This document shows, in pieces, positions 1 to 9,459 of a stretch of DNA of 64,000 nucleotides. The stretch is taken from the NCBI GenBank assembly GCA_964348785.1, contig CAYGDO010000002.1, positions 66,238 through 130,237 of the forward strand, in the 5' to 3' direction. Position numbers and translations under genes: made by a program. The notes beneath the pieces were generated by a model. It ran no database searches. It saw nothing but the letters and a program-made list of their open reading frames with translations, and was not told where the DNA came from. Each line of letters begins with the position of its first letter. Within the stretch, counting starts at the first letter, position 1. Origin of the DNA: an uncultured Candidatus Saccharibacteria bacterium (GTDB lineage Bacteria; Patescibacteriota; Minisyncoccia; Phycocordibacterales; 2-02-FULL-43-11).

Positions 1-377
1 AGCTTATAGAAAAATTTTTAAAATGGGTAGAAAGTGTGGGGGAGTGGACTATAGCAGGACAAAACCCATCTTTTGATAGAGACTTCCTCATGAAAACTGC
101 CCATAGATACCATCTAAACTGGCCATTGGCGCACAGAACACTAGATTTACACTCAGTGGCATATATGCATATGGTTAAAGCTAAAATTGAGCCTCCGACA
201 ACCAAAAATCGTTCTGCTTTAAATCTTGATTCAATAACAAAATATTGCGGTTTAGACTTTGAAAGAAAAAAACATAACGCACTCGAGGACACATTACTTG
301 AAGCAGAGTGTTTTTCCAGATTAATGTACAACAAAAAACTTCTACCAGAATTTGAGAAGTTTGAGATACCGTTCTAA
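1..377 (+). CDS. 3'-5' exonuclease, DnaQ/DEDDh-like, C-terminal fragment (5' end outside window)
   Basis: Reading frame is open from the window start. ORF 36..377 begins at an internal GTG. Exo III-like motif 'HNALEDTLLEAECFSRL' is present. Confidence 0.55.
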   Translation, partial: LIEKFLKWVESVGEWTIAGQNPSFDRDFLMKTAHRYHLNWPLAHRTLDLHSVAYMHMVKAKIEPPTTKNRSALNLDSITKYCGLDFERKKHNALEDTLLEAECFSRLMYNKKLLPEFEKFEIPF

Positions 378-406
378 ATTAAAAATCAAATATCAAAAAG
401 TAAAAA

Positions 407-1030
407 ATGAATGAAGAAAAAGGAGATTTGATAAAAGGGAAGTTGGCTAAATTTTATGATTTAGCGACAATAAACTTTAAAGGATTGAAAACAGTACATA
501 AAAAAGCTCTATCCTTAATCAACCCAAAAGAAAATTCTGCTTTACTTGACGTCGGTTGTGGCACAGGAACAATTTTAAAAGCCTTGAGGGAAAAATTTGG
601 ATCAAACATCTCACTTTTTGGCATAGACCCAAGTTTAGATATGCTAGAAATAGCAAAAACAAAAACTAACAATTTAGAAATAACTTTTAAACAGGCCTAC
701 GGGGATGAATTACCTTTTGTAGATAACCAGTTTGATTGGGTCATTTCAATCCTTGCCATGCACCACATATCGAATGAACAAAAAGAAAAAGTGATTTCAG
801 AAATAAAAAGAGTATTAAAACCAAACGGTATAGTTCTAATTTCTGATCTTGGCAGACCTAAAAACTTTGCCGGTAAAATTTTGGCATGGTTTTCAAGAAA
901 CCACTCTTTTACAAGAGGTAACACAGAAACAATCGAAAAAATAATGATGGACAGCGGTTTCAAAATAATAGAAAAAAAGTGGTCCTGGTTTTTTATAGAA
1001 CATATAGTATTTAAGAAAGTCACTAGTTAA
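407..1030 (+). CDS. class I SAM-dependent methyltransferase (UbiE/COQ5-like, Methyltransf_11)
   Basis: Motif I 'LLDVGCGTGT', then acidic motif II and 'PNGIVLISD' motif. Confidence 0.8.
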   Translation: MNEEKGDLIKGKLAKFYDLATINFKGLKTVHKKALSLINPKENSALLDVGCGTGTILKALREKFGSNISLFGIDPSLDMLEIAKTKTNNLEITFKQAYGDELPFVDNQFDWVISILAMHHISNEQKEKVISEIKRVLKPNGIVLISDLGRPKNFAGKILAWFSRNHSFTRGNTETIEKIMMDSGFKIIEKKWSWFFIEHIVFKKVTS

Positions 1031-1109
1031 TAGTTGATAGAGTCTGTAAGGAAAATTGTAAATAAAAAACCTCCTCGAAAGAGAAGGTGGGGGAAGAACA
1101 CAGCCAAAA

Positions 1110-1349
1110 TCAAAGTACGGCTGGATCCATTTCCACACGAACATGTTCTCCGTGCAGGCGTTCAAATGCCCGCTCAACGACTATATTGTGATTCAAAACA
1201 AAACCTCCTCCTTGCTCTTTGTACTCCTCGCGCTGAACAGCCCCAAGAAAAACCAAGGCAAAAGAGTAAGCTTGATGGCTAGCACTACGAGCAATTGCCT
1301 CAGCAAATCTCACAACTGCGTGCCAATCATCGGCAGAAATCACTTTCAT
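1110..1349 (-). CDS. small hypothetical protein (about 80 aa) in a GC-rich island
   Basis: ATG at 1349 is preceded by GGAGGT RBS ('ggaggtaacttcaATG'). Local GC is clearly higher than the AT-rich background. The annotated ORF 1110..1427 over-extends upstream. Confidence 0.45.
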   Translation of the reverse strand: MKVISADDWHAVVRFAEAIARSASHQAYSFALVFLGAVQREEYKEQGGGFVLNHNIVVERAFERLHGEHVRVEMDPAVL

Positions 1350-1502
1350 TGAAGTTACCTCCAAAAAGAATCCTACCACCAAACAATTTAACATACAAAT
1401 TATACAATTTTTTACAAAGTTAGACAAGAAAATTTTAGATAAAAATGGCTCAACAAAGCCATTTTTTAATGTTTGACATACCCCAATCGTTATCGTGTTG
1501 TA

Positions 1503-1531
1503 TTGACAATAAAAACGAAAGGTGATATAAT
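1503..1531 (+). promoter_or_regulatory. sigma70-type promoter: TTGACA, 17-nt spacer, extended -10 TGaTATAAT
   Basis: Exact TTGACA at 1503-1508 and TATAAT at 1526-1531 with 17-nt spacing. Followed by about 120-nt leader with hairpin 'cagaggttcgcctctg' before the 1651 start codon. Confidence 0.5.
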
Positions 1532-1650
1532 AGTAAAGTAATCAGAGGTTCGCCTCTGGTTTTTGTTTGAGACTTTCCAGTATTCGTAAGAGAACAGTTT
1601 CAAACGCTTTCTGGTGCACTTTACAATAAAAGCCGCCAGATTGAAATAAA

Positions 1651-2121
1651 ATGAGTATACAAATAGTTACTAGCATGGTTTTGCTCCTCATGAACTTATA
1701 CAGTGGAACAACGACCACAGAAGCAGTTATACAAAAAAATATAGAGGACAGTTTTAAAAAAGAAATTCAGTCTACGGGACCTATCACTCTTGAGTCTCAC
1801 GTTAGAGAATACTTCAAAGATGACCCAATCTTAGCTGAAATTGCTAAATGCGAAAGCCAATTTAGACATATTGGAAGCACGGGTAAGGTCATAAGAGGTA
1901 AAGCTAATAAAGCTGATGTCGGAGTGATGCAGATAAACGAAAAGTATCACTTAGATCAAGCTGAAAAAATGGGTTACGACTTACATACTCTTGAAGGTAA
2001 TATGGCTTATGCAAAATGGCTATATGAAAAACAAGGTTCTCAACCTTGGTATCCATCAGAGAAATGTTGGAGTAAAGCGGTAATAAATACTGAAAACCAA
2101 AAAGAGTTAGCGAAATCATAA
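1651..2121 (+). CDS. secreted transglycosylase-like (Rpf/lysozyme-like domain) protein
   Basis: N-terminal hydrophobic signal. 'AKCESQF...VGVMQINEKYH...AYAKWLYEKQGSQPW' resembles the transglycosylase-like (Rpf) catalytic Glu region. Confidence 0.65.
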   Translation: MSIQIVTSMVLLLMNLYSGTTTTEAVIQKNIEDSFKKEIQSTGPITLESHVREYFKDDPILAEIAKCESQFRHIGSTGKVIRGKANKADVGVMQINEKYHLDQAEKMGYDLHTLEGNMAYAKWLYEKQGSQPWYPSEKCWSKAVINTENQKELAKS

Positions 2122-2136
2122 AAATTTCTTTCAAAA

Positions 2137-2166
2137 CCGCCACAAAATGTGGCGGTTTTGTTTTTT
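2137..2166 (+). terminator. rho-independent terminator
   Basis: ccgccac/gtggcgg stem followed by TTTTGTTTTTT. Confidence 0.7.
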
Positions 2167-2261
2167 ACTAAACCAAAAAAATTCATTTTAAATTTAATTA
2201 TGAAATAAAATAAAATTTAGTAAATATTTAAATATTTTATAAAAAGTTCATACTTTTAATT

Positions 2262-2723
2262 AGGCGAAGACTTCTCGATCGAACGGAAGAGTCAGGCGAC
2301 TCCTAGAAGCTCAATCGAGATGAGTTGAAAATTCTGCATCTGAACGGGTGTTCAGTCAGGATGAGAGTCCTTTGAAAATAGACTGGAAGATGTGACTTCC
2401 TATTCAGTCTCAAGGACAGAACCATAGCTAAGGTCAAAGGTCACCGTTCCACACGGCAAGCGCAATTCAGTGTCGGTAAGCTCGCGGAAAGGCGCGCTCT
2501 GCCAACGCAATGTGGAATGAACAAAATGCGGGTAACTATAATCCCGCTACCGAAGCTTGGTCCCTCCGGCAAACCATCATCGTCTTGGTTTTGACGATTG
2601 ATTAGGTAAGCCCTAAAAATGCCTCGGCCAAACCGCAGGGTTAAAGGTCGACCAAAGGGGAGGGGGTACGCGTTCTTCGCCTCGTTCTTTGCAACCGGTC
2701 CAGCTTTCAGGGCCGGTTTTTTT
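2262..2723 (+). ncRNA. candidate structured non-coding RNA, class unassigned (about 460 nt)
   Basis: No ORF. GC sharply elevated against flanks. Many perfect local hairpins (CUGAAC-GGGU-GUUCAG; AGACUG...CAGUCU; CGCG-GAAAGG-CGCG; GCGGG...CCCGC). Ends in a GC stem plus U7 terminator at 2694-2723. Confidence 0.45.
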
Positions 2724-3065
2724 ATTTTATATAAAATATTTTTTTAGAAAATCTGTAATGTTTGGAATGAAGTACAAATAAATTTATTTCCATAAATTTT
2801 TATCTATTCATAAAACCCAAAAAAACGACCAAGAAGAATAGGGGGGTAATTTCAAACCTTGCTCTATGACCCCCGTTACCATAAGCGTGTCGCACAATAT
2901 ATCTTTCCGGTAGTTATACCTGAGGGCCTTTAGAAGAGACCTCTCAAACCTTATTGTTAGTATTAATAGATATCAACTCAACATAACCTAAACAATAATT
3001 TAAAGTTTTATTTAGATAATTTATTCTTCTTTATGTATTCCCCCTGCAATAATTAATTATAAAAA

Positions 3066-3098
3066 CAAAAACCGGAGTTTTTTCCGGTTTTTGTTTTT
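3066..3098. terminator. bidirectional intrinsic terminator (A-run, hairpin, T-run)
   Basis: aaaaacaaaa-accggag-tttttt-ccggttt-ttgttttt. Lies at the 3' end of the minus-strand gene 3147..3455. Confidence 0.6.
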
Positions 3099-3146
3099 AA
3101 TTTGTTTAATTTACAAAATTTAAGGATAAAAGACTAAAATCAGACT

Positions 3147-3455
3147 TTAATTGGCCGGGACAACCTGATCAGCCTTACCAGGTATAGCATCCTTTAACTT
3201 CTTTAGGCCTTCTAATCCCAAACCAATAATAACCTTATCCCAAATAAATCTAGCAGGTTTTGCTAAAAGATTATTCCAAATAGTTTTTACTAAGCCCCAA
3301 GCGTATCCCAAATTCTTTTTTACTGTTGGAGAATCAAAAACAGTTTGAATATTTAGACCAAAGAACCCTAAAACTACTAAAGCAATAATGATTAGCACGA
3401 TTGCTTGAAAAAAACCTCCCTGCCCTTTTTTATAAAAAAACATATTATTATTCAT
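3147..3455 (-). CDS. small membrane protein, hypothetical
   Basis: One strong TM segment ('AIVLIIIALVVLGFFGL'). Lies upstream in the same orientation as the M23 peptidase gene. Confidence 0.45.
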   Translation of the reverse strand: MNNNMFFYKKGQGGFFQAIVLIIIALVVLGFFGLNIQTVFDSPTVKKNLGYAWGLVKTIWNNLLAKPARFIWDKVIIGLGLEGLKKLKDAIPGKADQVVPAN

Positions 3456-3507
3456 ATGTCAATATTATATAATAAAAAATAATTTTAGAAAAGAAAAAAG
3501 TTGATAA

Positions 3508-4791
3508 TTATAAATAAATAAGGGGATTCAAATAAGCACGTAGGTCCGCAACAGGCATTATATAACTACCACTACAAACTTTACTCTTTCTACTCATTAT
3601 TTGAACACCTTGAGTGGCATAAACAGTAAAATGTAAATGTGGGCCAGTCGAATAACCAGTATTACCTGAATAGCCAATAGTTTGACCTGTAGAAACTTCT
3701 TGTCCTGCCCCACTAACCTCAAAAGCTGAAAGATGGGCATAAAGAGTTGAAAGACCATTTGGATGTTCAATTAGAATCCATTTACCATAAGAAGTTCCTG
3801 GGCAAGCGGTATCCGTATTACCAAAACCCTTAACAATTCCACCAAGAGAAGCTTTTATTGCCGTTCCAACATTTATAGCCAAATCGATGCCATTATGACC
3901 AGAACCGTTATAAAGTTGAGGATTAGAAAGTGCAAATTTTGTATTACCAAAATATTGACTAATTTTTACCTTATCAAGAGGCCACTGTAAAATACCTTTG
4001 CCTGTTTTTGGATAACTATCAGGATCAATAGCAAACTTAAGTTGAGATTCAAACTCTAAAAGTTCTTTTTCAAAAGCGTCCTTGTTAGCTAATTGATTTT
4101 TTAATAATTTTTGATACTCGGATTCTTTATTTTTAGTTTGAGTTAACAATTTTTCTTGTTCAGCTTTCAAAGATTGCGAGACTTTTTTGTTTCCCAACAA
4201 TTCTAAATTCAAATTCTCTAATTGTTTCTTTATCAAAAGAGCCTGCGCTTTATCTTTCTCTAAACCTTTTTTTGTAACTTTCAAATCTGTAATCAATTTT
4301 GATAGATTAGAAGAGAAAATCTGGTTCTGTCTTAAAGATGACCAATACTCTGACATATTGTCATAAGCCAAAACTGTAAAAATCACCGATTTTGATTCTA
4401 AAACTTCAGTATCCTTAATTGACGATGCAATACCGTCAACGCTTTTTTGTATAGATAAATTTTTGTTATCTATATCAAAACCCAATGATTGAATTTCCAA
4501 CTTTTTACCACCAATTTTCTGTTCAGTGACTTTTATTTGAGCGGTAATCTTTTTCATTTCACCGTCATATATCTTAATTTTATTACTCAAAGTATTCTGA
4601 GCATTTCTAGAAGATTGTATCTGCTTCTCAGTGTTAGCAATTTCTTCCTCCAAAGCTTTAATAGCGTCTTTTCGCAATTGAATTTTACTTTGCAACTCTT
4701 CTGGAGTTTCAGAAAATACAAAAGAAAAACTGACCACCCAAACGAGCGTCAAAAATAAAATAGCCCTTATCTTAAACTGGCACTTATCCAT
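3508..4791 (-). CDS. M23 family metallopeptidase (murein endopeptidase) with N-terminal coiled-coil, EnvC-like
   Basis: Signal/TM, long coiled-coil, 'HNGIDLAI' and 'GNTGYSTGPHLHFTVY' LytM/M23 motifs. Confidence 0.85.
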   Translation of the reverse strand: MDKCQFKIRAILFLTLVWVVSFSFVFSETPEELQSKIQLRKDAIKALEEEIANTEKQIQSSRNAQNTLSNKIKIYDGEMKKITAQIKVTEQKIGGKKLEIQSLGFDIDNKNLSIQKSVDGIASSIKDTEVLESKSVIFTVLAYDNMSEYWSSLRQNQIFSSNLSKLITDLKVTKKGLEKDKAQALLIKKQLENLNLELLGNKKVSQSLKAEQEKLLTQTKNKESEYQKLLKNQLANKDAFEKELLEFESQLKFAIDPDSYPKTGKGILQWPLDKVKISQYFGNTKFALSNPQLYNGSGHNGIDLAINVGTAIKASLGGIVKGFGNTDTACPGTSYGKWILIEHPNGLSTLYAHLSAFEVSGAGQEVSTGQTIGYSGNTGYSTGPHLHFTVYATQGVQIMSRKSKVCSGSYIMPVADLRAYLNPLIYL

Positions 4792-6133
4792 TTATTAATT
4801 TTACCGCAAATTCTATTCTTTTTATTGTTTCGTTCTTCCCCAAGACAGATGCGATTGTAAAAGGGTCTGGAGACTTTTCCTTGCCAGATAGTAAATACCT
4901 AAAAGGCCACAATACCTCTCCCCTTCCATTGCTTTCGGCAAATGGCCAAACAACTTTTTTTATATCCTCAGCGGAAAAATTAGCATCGTTCATCGAAGAT
5001 ATAATTTCCAAGATTCCATTAAGATTCTTTAAGACAGAATTGAGATCACCCTTACCTTTCCAAATAAGATTTTCTTTTTGAAAATTTGGTTGAGCAAAGA
5101 AAAACTGTAAATCATCGTTTGCAACCATAATATCAATATCACCAAACTTATTTATTCGTTCAGTAATAATTGGTTCAATCTTAGAAATCAAATCTTTTTT
5201 ATATCCAGAAATATTATTTTTACTCAACCAATTATCATAAATTTCCTGTCTTTCTTTAGAATCAATTCTTTTTAGATGTTCCTTGTTAACCCAATCTAAT
5301 TTTTCTTCACTCCAAATCGCACCAGCCTTCTGCACTCTTTTTAAATCAAAGACGTTAACTAATTCTTCTAAAGAAAAAATTTCTTGATTATCTTGAGGAT
5401 GCCATCCTAAAAGAGCCAAATAATTTATAATGGCCTCTGGCAAATAACCTCTTTCTAAAAATTCTCTGAGTGCAACAGAACCCTGTCTTTTAGAAAGTTT
5501 AGATCTATCAGAAGCTAAAACTAGAGGTATATGAGCGTATGACAAACCTTTTAAACCTAAAGCCTCTCTAATCAATATTTGCCTTGGAGTATTAGCTAAA
5601 TGCTCCTCCCCTCTTATGACATGGGTCACCCCCATAGCATCGTCATCTACCACATTTGCGAAATGAAAAATCGGTTCATCAAAAGATCTTGCTATAACAA
5701 AATCGCCAAGATCAGAAGTATTAACTTTCACTTCTCCATGTATCAAATCATTAAAAATAACGTCTTTGTTTGGATTTTTAAATCTTATAACCTCATCTTT
5801 CTGCCCTTCTTCCAACACGGTTTCTTTTGATATATAAGCAATACCCTCATTAACAAGTTTTTCAATTAACTTACGATATAGAGGTAAATTGTCTGATTGT
5901 CTATAAACAGGGTCATTATCCCAATTAATGCCCACGAGTTTAAAACCTTTTATGATATCTTCCTCATACTCTTTCTTATTTCTTTTTTTATCAGTATCTT
6001 CAATTCTTAATAAAAATTTACCACCATTTTGTCTAGCAAATAAATAAGAAAATAACGCACTTCTAACACCGCCAATGTGCAAGTACCCGGTCGGACTTGG
6101 AGCAAATCTAGTTACAACTTTTGAATCTTTCAT
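4784..6133 (-). CDS. gltX: glutamate--tRNA ligase
   Basis: 'RFAPSPTGYLHIGGVRSALF' (HIGH) and 'KLSKR' (KMSKS) class I motifs. Confidence 0.9.
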   Translation of the reverse strand: MKDSKVVTRFAPSPTGYLHIGGVRSALFSYLFARQNGGKFLLRIEDTDKKRNKKEYEEDIIKGFKLVGINWDNDPVYRQSDNLPLYRKLIEKLVNEGIAYISKETVLEEGQKDEVIRFKNPNKDVIFNDLIHGEVKVNTSDLGDFVIARSFDEPIFHFANVVDDDAMGVTHVIRGEEHLANTPRQILIREALGLKGLSYAHIPLVLASDRSKLSKRQGSVALREFLERGYLPEAIINYLALLGWHPQDNQEIFSLEELVNVFDLKRVQKAGAIWSEEKLDWVNKEHLKRIDSKERQEIYDNWLSKNNISGYKKDLISKIEPIITERINKFGDIDIMVANDDLQFFFAQPNFQKENLIWKGKGDLNSVLKNLNGILEIISSMNDANFSAEDIKKVVWPFAESNGRGEVLWPFRYLLSGKEKSPDPFTIASVLGKNETIKRIEFAVKLING

Positions 6134-6137
6134 AAAT

Positions 6138-7262
6138 TTATTGATGTGATAAAGAAATTTTTATAAGTTCCTCAGCGATCTTTTTAGCAGAATCTGGTTT
6201 GAAAAAAGCCTTAGCTGAATCAGACATCTTATTTAACAACTCTCTGTTTTCCAAAAGACGTTTAATCTCGGAAACCAAAATAATCGGGGATAAGTTAGAT
6301 TCTTCAACAACTAAACACCCACCAAATCTAGCATAGTTGTAAGCATTTTTTCTTTGATGATCTCCATTAGATTCTGTAATCGGAATAATGATTGAAGGTA
6401 TACCCCAAGATGCAATCTCAAAAATTGATGAGCCTGCTCTTGAGATTATAAAATTGGCCGATCCTGCAACCATAGACATTGCCTCATCGTCAAAATAAGA
6501 AAAAGGATGATACCTCGTCAAAAAATTAACATTGTTTACCACTATAGAAGCTCTCTCTTTTACGTCCTTTATATTACTACGTCCTGTTTGATGTATTACC
6601 TGACAAAATTTCAAAAGTTCCGGCAAAGAAGACAAGATTATCTCATTGATTTTTTCAGCCCCCGAAGACCCGCCCAAAACCAATAAAACTGGCAAATCGT
6701 CTTCAAGGCCTAAAAAATTAAACGCTTCTTCTTTTTTATGTTTTTTTATTGAATCTCGAACTGGCTGTCCCACCCAAGCAGTTTTATTCTTTGGAAAAAA
6801 ATCTGCTGAATCTGGATAAGAAACAGCAACTCTATTTGCTATTTTTCCTAAAAATCTATTAGCGCGCCCTGGGATACTATCTGACTCGTGAATAATCACT
6901 GGTATGCCCCAAATCTTAGCGGCCAAAACTGTAGGGAAACTTGCAAAACCACCCTTACCAAAGACGACATCGGGATAAATCAAAAAAAGTTTAAACCAGG
7001 CGATAATAAAACCAAAAATTGTTTTAAAAATATCAATGAAATTTTTAAAAGAAAAATATAATCTAAATTTTCCAGCCGGTATTTTTACAAATTTTATACC
7101 ATATCTTCTAAGAGTATTTTCATCATAAGGATCTGGAGCACAAAAATACAAAGTTGGTTCAAGCAACTTTTGCTCTTTTACTATCTGCCTTATTTCTTCA
7201 ACTATGGCGATTATGGGATAAAAATGACCACCGCTACCCCCGCCAGTAAAAACAATTTTCAT
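6138..7262 (-). CDS. murG: undecaprenyldiphospho-muramoylpentapeptide beta-N-acetylglucosaminyltransferase
   Basis: 'MKIVFTGGGSGGHFYPIIAI' MurG N-terminus. C-terminal GT28 domain. Confidence 0.9.
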   Translation of the reverse strand: MKIVFTGGGSGGHFYPIIAIVEEIRQIVKEQKLLEPTLYFCAPDPYDENTLRRYGIKFVKIPAGKFRLYFSFKNFIDIFKTIFGFIIAWFKLFLIYPDVVFGKGGFASFPTVLAAKIWGIPVIIHESDSIPGRANRFLGKIANRVAVSYPDSADFFPKNKTAWVGQPVRDSIKKHKKEEAFNFLGLEDDLPVLLVLGGSSGAEKINEIILSSLPELLKFCQVIHQTGRSNIKDVKERASIVVNNVNFLTRYHPFSYFDDEAMSMVAGSANFIISRAGSSIFEIASWGIPSIIIPITESNGDHQRKNAYNYARFGGCLVVEESNLSPIILVSEIKRLLENRELLNKMSDSAKAFFKPDSAKKIAEELIKISLSHQ

Positions 7263-7266
7263 AAAA

Positions 7267-8379
7267 TTAAGTACTCCTTGAAACTCCTAAAGCAACACCA
7301 AGACCAATAAGAGACGCTAGCATTGAACTACCTCCGTGACTAATAAAAACCAGCGCCAAACCCGAAAGCGGTATTAACCCCAACATAGCAAAAATATTTA
7401 CAAATGATTGGGTGGTTATAAGTATAACAATGCCAATAACCACAAGTCTACCAAAAGAATCTGATGTTTTTTTTGCTATTCTAAAACCCTGAAACAAAAA
7501 TGCCATATAAAGAAAAATAATACTTAGACATCCAACAAGCCCAAATTCTTCTCCAATAACTGCAAATATGGAGTCCCCTATCGGTTCTGGCAATCTTCCA
7601 TATTTACTCGCACTTTGACCAAAACCCTTTCCAAAAAGGCCACCTGACCCAATAGCTATTAAAGACTGATTAACCTGATATCCAGAATCAATTAAATCTT
7701 TGCTGGGATCAAAAAAAGTTACAATTCTTTCTTTTATATAAGGCCTGGCTGAAATCAAAACTGAAAAACCTAAAATACCTATTACAAGAAATATGAGCAT
7801 ATCCTTCCATCTCGCTCCAGATACAAAAAACATACCGAAAGCAGAGACTAATAACACAAGCGCGTTATCAGTATCTTTTTGCCACATCATAAAACCCATA
7901 GCAACCGATAAAATAATTATAAAAGGTAATAAACCGTGTGTTCTGGTATTAATTTTATCTTTTACCGAAGCTATCCAAGCAGCAAGATAAATTATTGTGG
8001 CAATCTTTAAAAATTCCGCCGGTTGGACTGTACTACCGAAAATATTAAGCCACCTGGTCGCGCCACCGTGTTCAAAAGCCAAACTCGGAAAAAACAAAAG
8101 AGAATTTATGGCAAGAGCTAATAGAAAAATAAAAATTGAAACTTTCTTCCAAACAACATGTTTAAACTTTGAAATCAGATAGCAAAAAATAATACCCGGA
8201 ATAATGCCAAAAAAAATCTGACTTTTTAAAACAGAATAAAAAATAGGATTGCCTCTTGCCAGCAATCCAAAAGATGCCGAAAAAAAAGCAAAAAAACCTA
8301 CAACTACAAGCAAGATAGAGACTACTAAAAATTGTCTATCAACGCTTTTTTTTACTAAATAAAGATTAGAAAAACTCAT
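7267..8379 (-). CDS. ftsW: SEDS family cell-division/peptidoglycan polymerase FtsW
   Basis: Polytopic protein with SEDS-like loops ('SGYQVNQSLIAIGSGGLFGKGFGQS'). Lies between mraY and murG. Start set at the internal ATG at 8379, 2 nt after the mraY stop. Confidence 0.85.
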   Translation of the reverse strand: MSFSNLYLVKKSVDRQFLVVSILLVVVGFFAFFSASFGLLARGNPIFYSVLKSQIFFGIIPGIIFCYLISKFKHVVWKKVSIFIFLLALAINSLLFFPSLAFEHGGATRWLNIFGSTVQPAEFLKIATIIYLAAWIASVKDKINTRTHGLLPFIIILSVAMGFMMWQKDTDNALVLLVSAFGMFFVSGARWKDMLIFLVIGILGFSVLISARPYIKERIVTFFDPSKDLIDSGYQVNQSLIAIGSGGLFGKGFGQSASKYGRLPEPIGDSIFAVIGEEFGLVGCLSIIFLYMAFLFQGFRIAKKTSDSFGRLVVIGIVILITTQSFVNIFAMLGLIPLSGLALVFISHGGSSMLASLIGLGVALGVSRST

Positions 8380-8381
8380 TT

Positions 8382-9455
8382 TTAAGCTATAAAAGCAATT
8401 ATCATTCCTATAACAGATAAAATAATTGATATAACCCAATACCTCATTACCACCTTATAAGCTGGCCAACCTATAGCTTCGAAATGGTGATGCATGGGGG
8501 CAACTAAGAAAACTTTTTTACCTCTAAATTTTTTTGATAAAACCTGAATAATAACAGAAAGTGCTGTGACAAAAAGAGGCAAAGCGATTATAGGTAAAAC
8601 TGATACCCCGTATCCATCACCAAGAGTATCACTCATAAAAGCGACAACGGTTAAAGCTAAAGTGAGAGCCATCGAGCCAGTCTCCGTCATATAGTATCTA
8701 GCTGGTGGTATGTTAAACCACAAAAAGGCCAGGATAGCTCCCGCCACAACAGCACAAAAAGCCGATAGATTTATTTGATTCTGATGAAAAGCAATACCGG
8801 CGTAAGCTAAAAATATTGACCCAAAAACACCTCCAGCCAGACCATCGAGTCCGTCTATAATTCCACCCGCATAAACCGCAAGGGCTACCAATACAAAGAA
8901 AGGTATAAACCAGTATCCTAAAAATAATTCTTTCCAAAAAGGAATATTTATAGAATCAACATCCAATTTAAAATAAAACCAAAGAGACACCAAAAAAGCA
9001 CAAAGTCCGACAAAAAATAAACGTTTTTTTAGAGACAAACCTCCCACCTTGTAAGTAGAATTACCTTTAATTTCCAAATAGTCATCAACAAAGCCAACAA
9101 AAGCTCCTAAAATTAAGACTGACAAAGGTATCCACGTCTGATCTCTTGAGAGAAAATCTAGCTTATCAAAAAACTGAAAAGGTGTGGCCTTGTCTAAAAA
9201 AACCACCAATAAAGTTGATAGCAAAACTGAAAACCATATCACTACCCCACCCAAACGTGGTACTTGTGTTTCCCTCTCTTTATGAAGTTGATTAAAAATT
9301 GGAGTACCCGTGCCGTCAAAAGAAATGTCTTTAGCCTTTTTCTTCCACATTTCATTTTTGTATAAAAAATTGGCCCAGGGAAAAGTAAAAACAATACCGA
9401 TAAAAAATGAAATGGTTGCCGGAATTAAAACTTTTGCTATATCAGTTAACATCAT
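8382..9455 (-). CDS. mraY: phospho-N-acetylmuramoyl-pentapeptide transferase
   Basis: 'DDYLEI' and 'APMHHHFEAIGW' MraY motifs, polytopic. Confidence 0.9.
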   Translation of the reverse strand: MMLTDIAKVLIPATISFFIGIVFTFPWANFLYKNEMWKKKAKDISFDGTGTPIFNQLHKERETQVPRLGGVVIWFSVLLSTLLVVFLDKATPFQFFDKLDFLSRDQTWIPLSVLILGAFVGFVDDYLEIKGNSTYKVGGLSLKKRLFFVGLCAFLVSLWFYFKLDVDSINIPFWKELFLGYWFIPFFVLVALAVYAGGIIDGLDGLAGGVFGSIFLAYAGIAFHQNQINLSAFCAVVAGAILAFLWFNIPPARYYMTETGSMALTLALTVVAFMSDTLGDGYGVSVLPIIALPLFVTALSVIIQVLSKKFRGKKVFLVAPMHHHFEAIGWPAYKVVMRYWVISIILSVIGMIIAFIA

Positions 9456-9459
9456 AAAA

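Noticed and set aside
454-1177. Minus-strand ORFs 454..672, 697..1023, 893..1177 and similar antisense ORFs inside large genes (for example 4489..4758, 17904..18293, 23152..23640, 33599..34007, 53592..54041)
   Set aside because: They are fully embedded in or antisense to well-supported genes and lack start or RBS context. They are typical AT-rich-genome spurious ORFs.
2262-2723. RNase P RNA, tmRNA or SRP RNA assignment for the first structured RNA
   Set aside because: P4-like strings 'GGAAGAGUCAGGCGACUCC' and 'ACAGAACCAUAGCUAAGG' are only about 110 nt apart and not mutually complementary, so no P4 pseudoknot forms. There is no GGUUCGANUCC T-arm or CCA end, so it is not tmRNA. There is no 'GGAAGCAGCC' helix-8 motif, so it is not SRP. 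Left unassigned.
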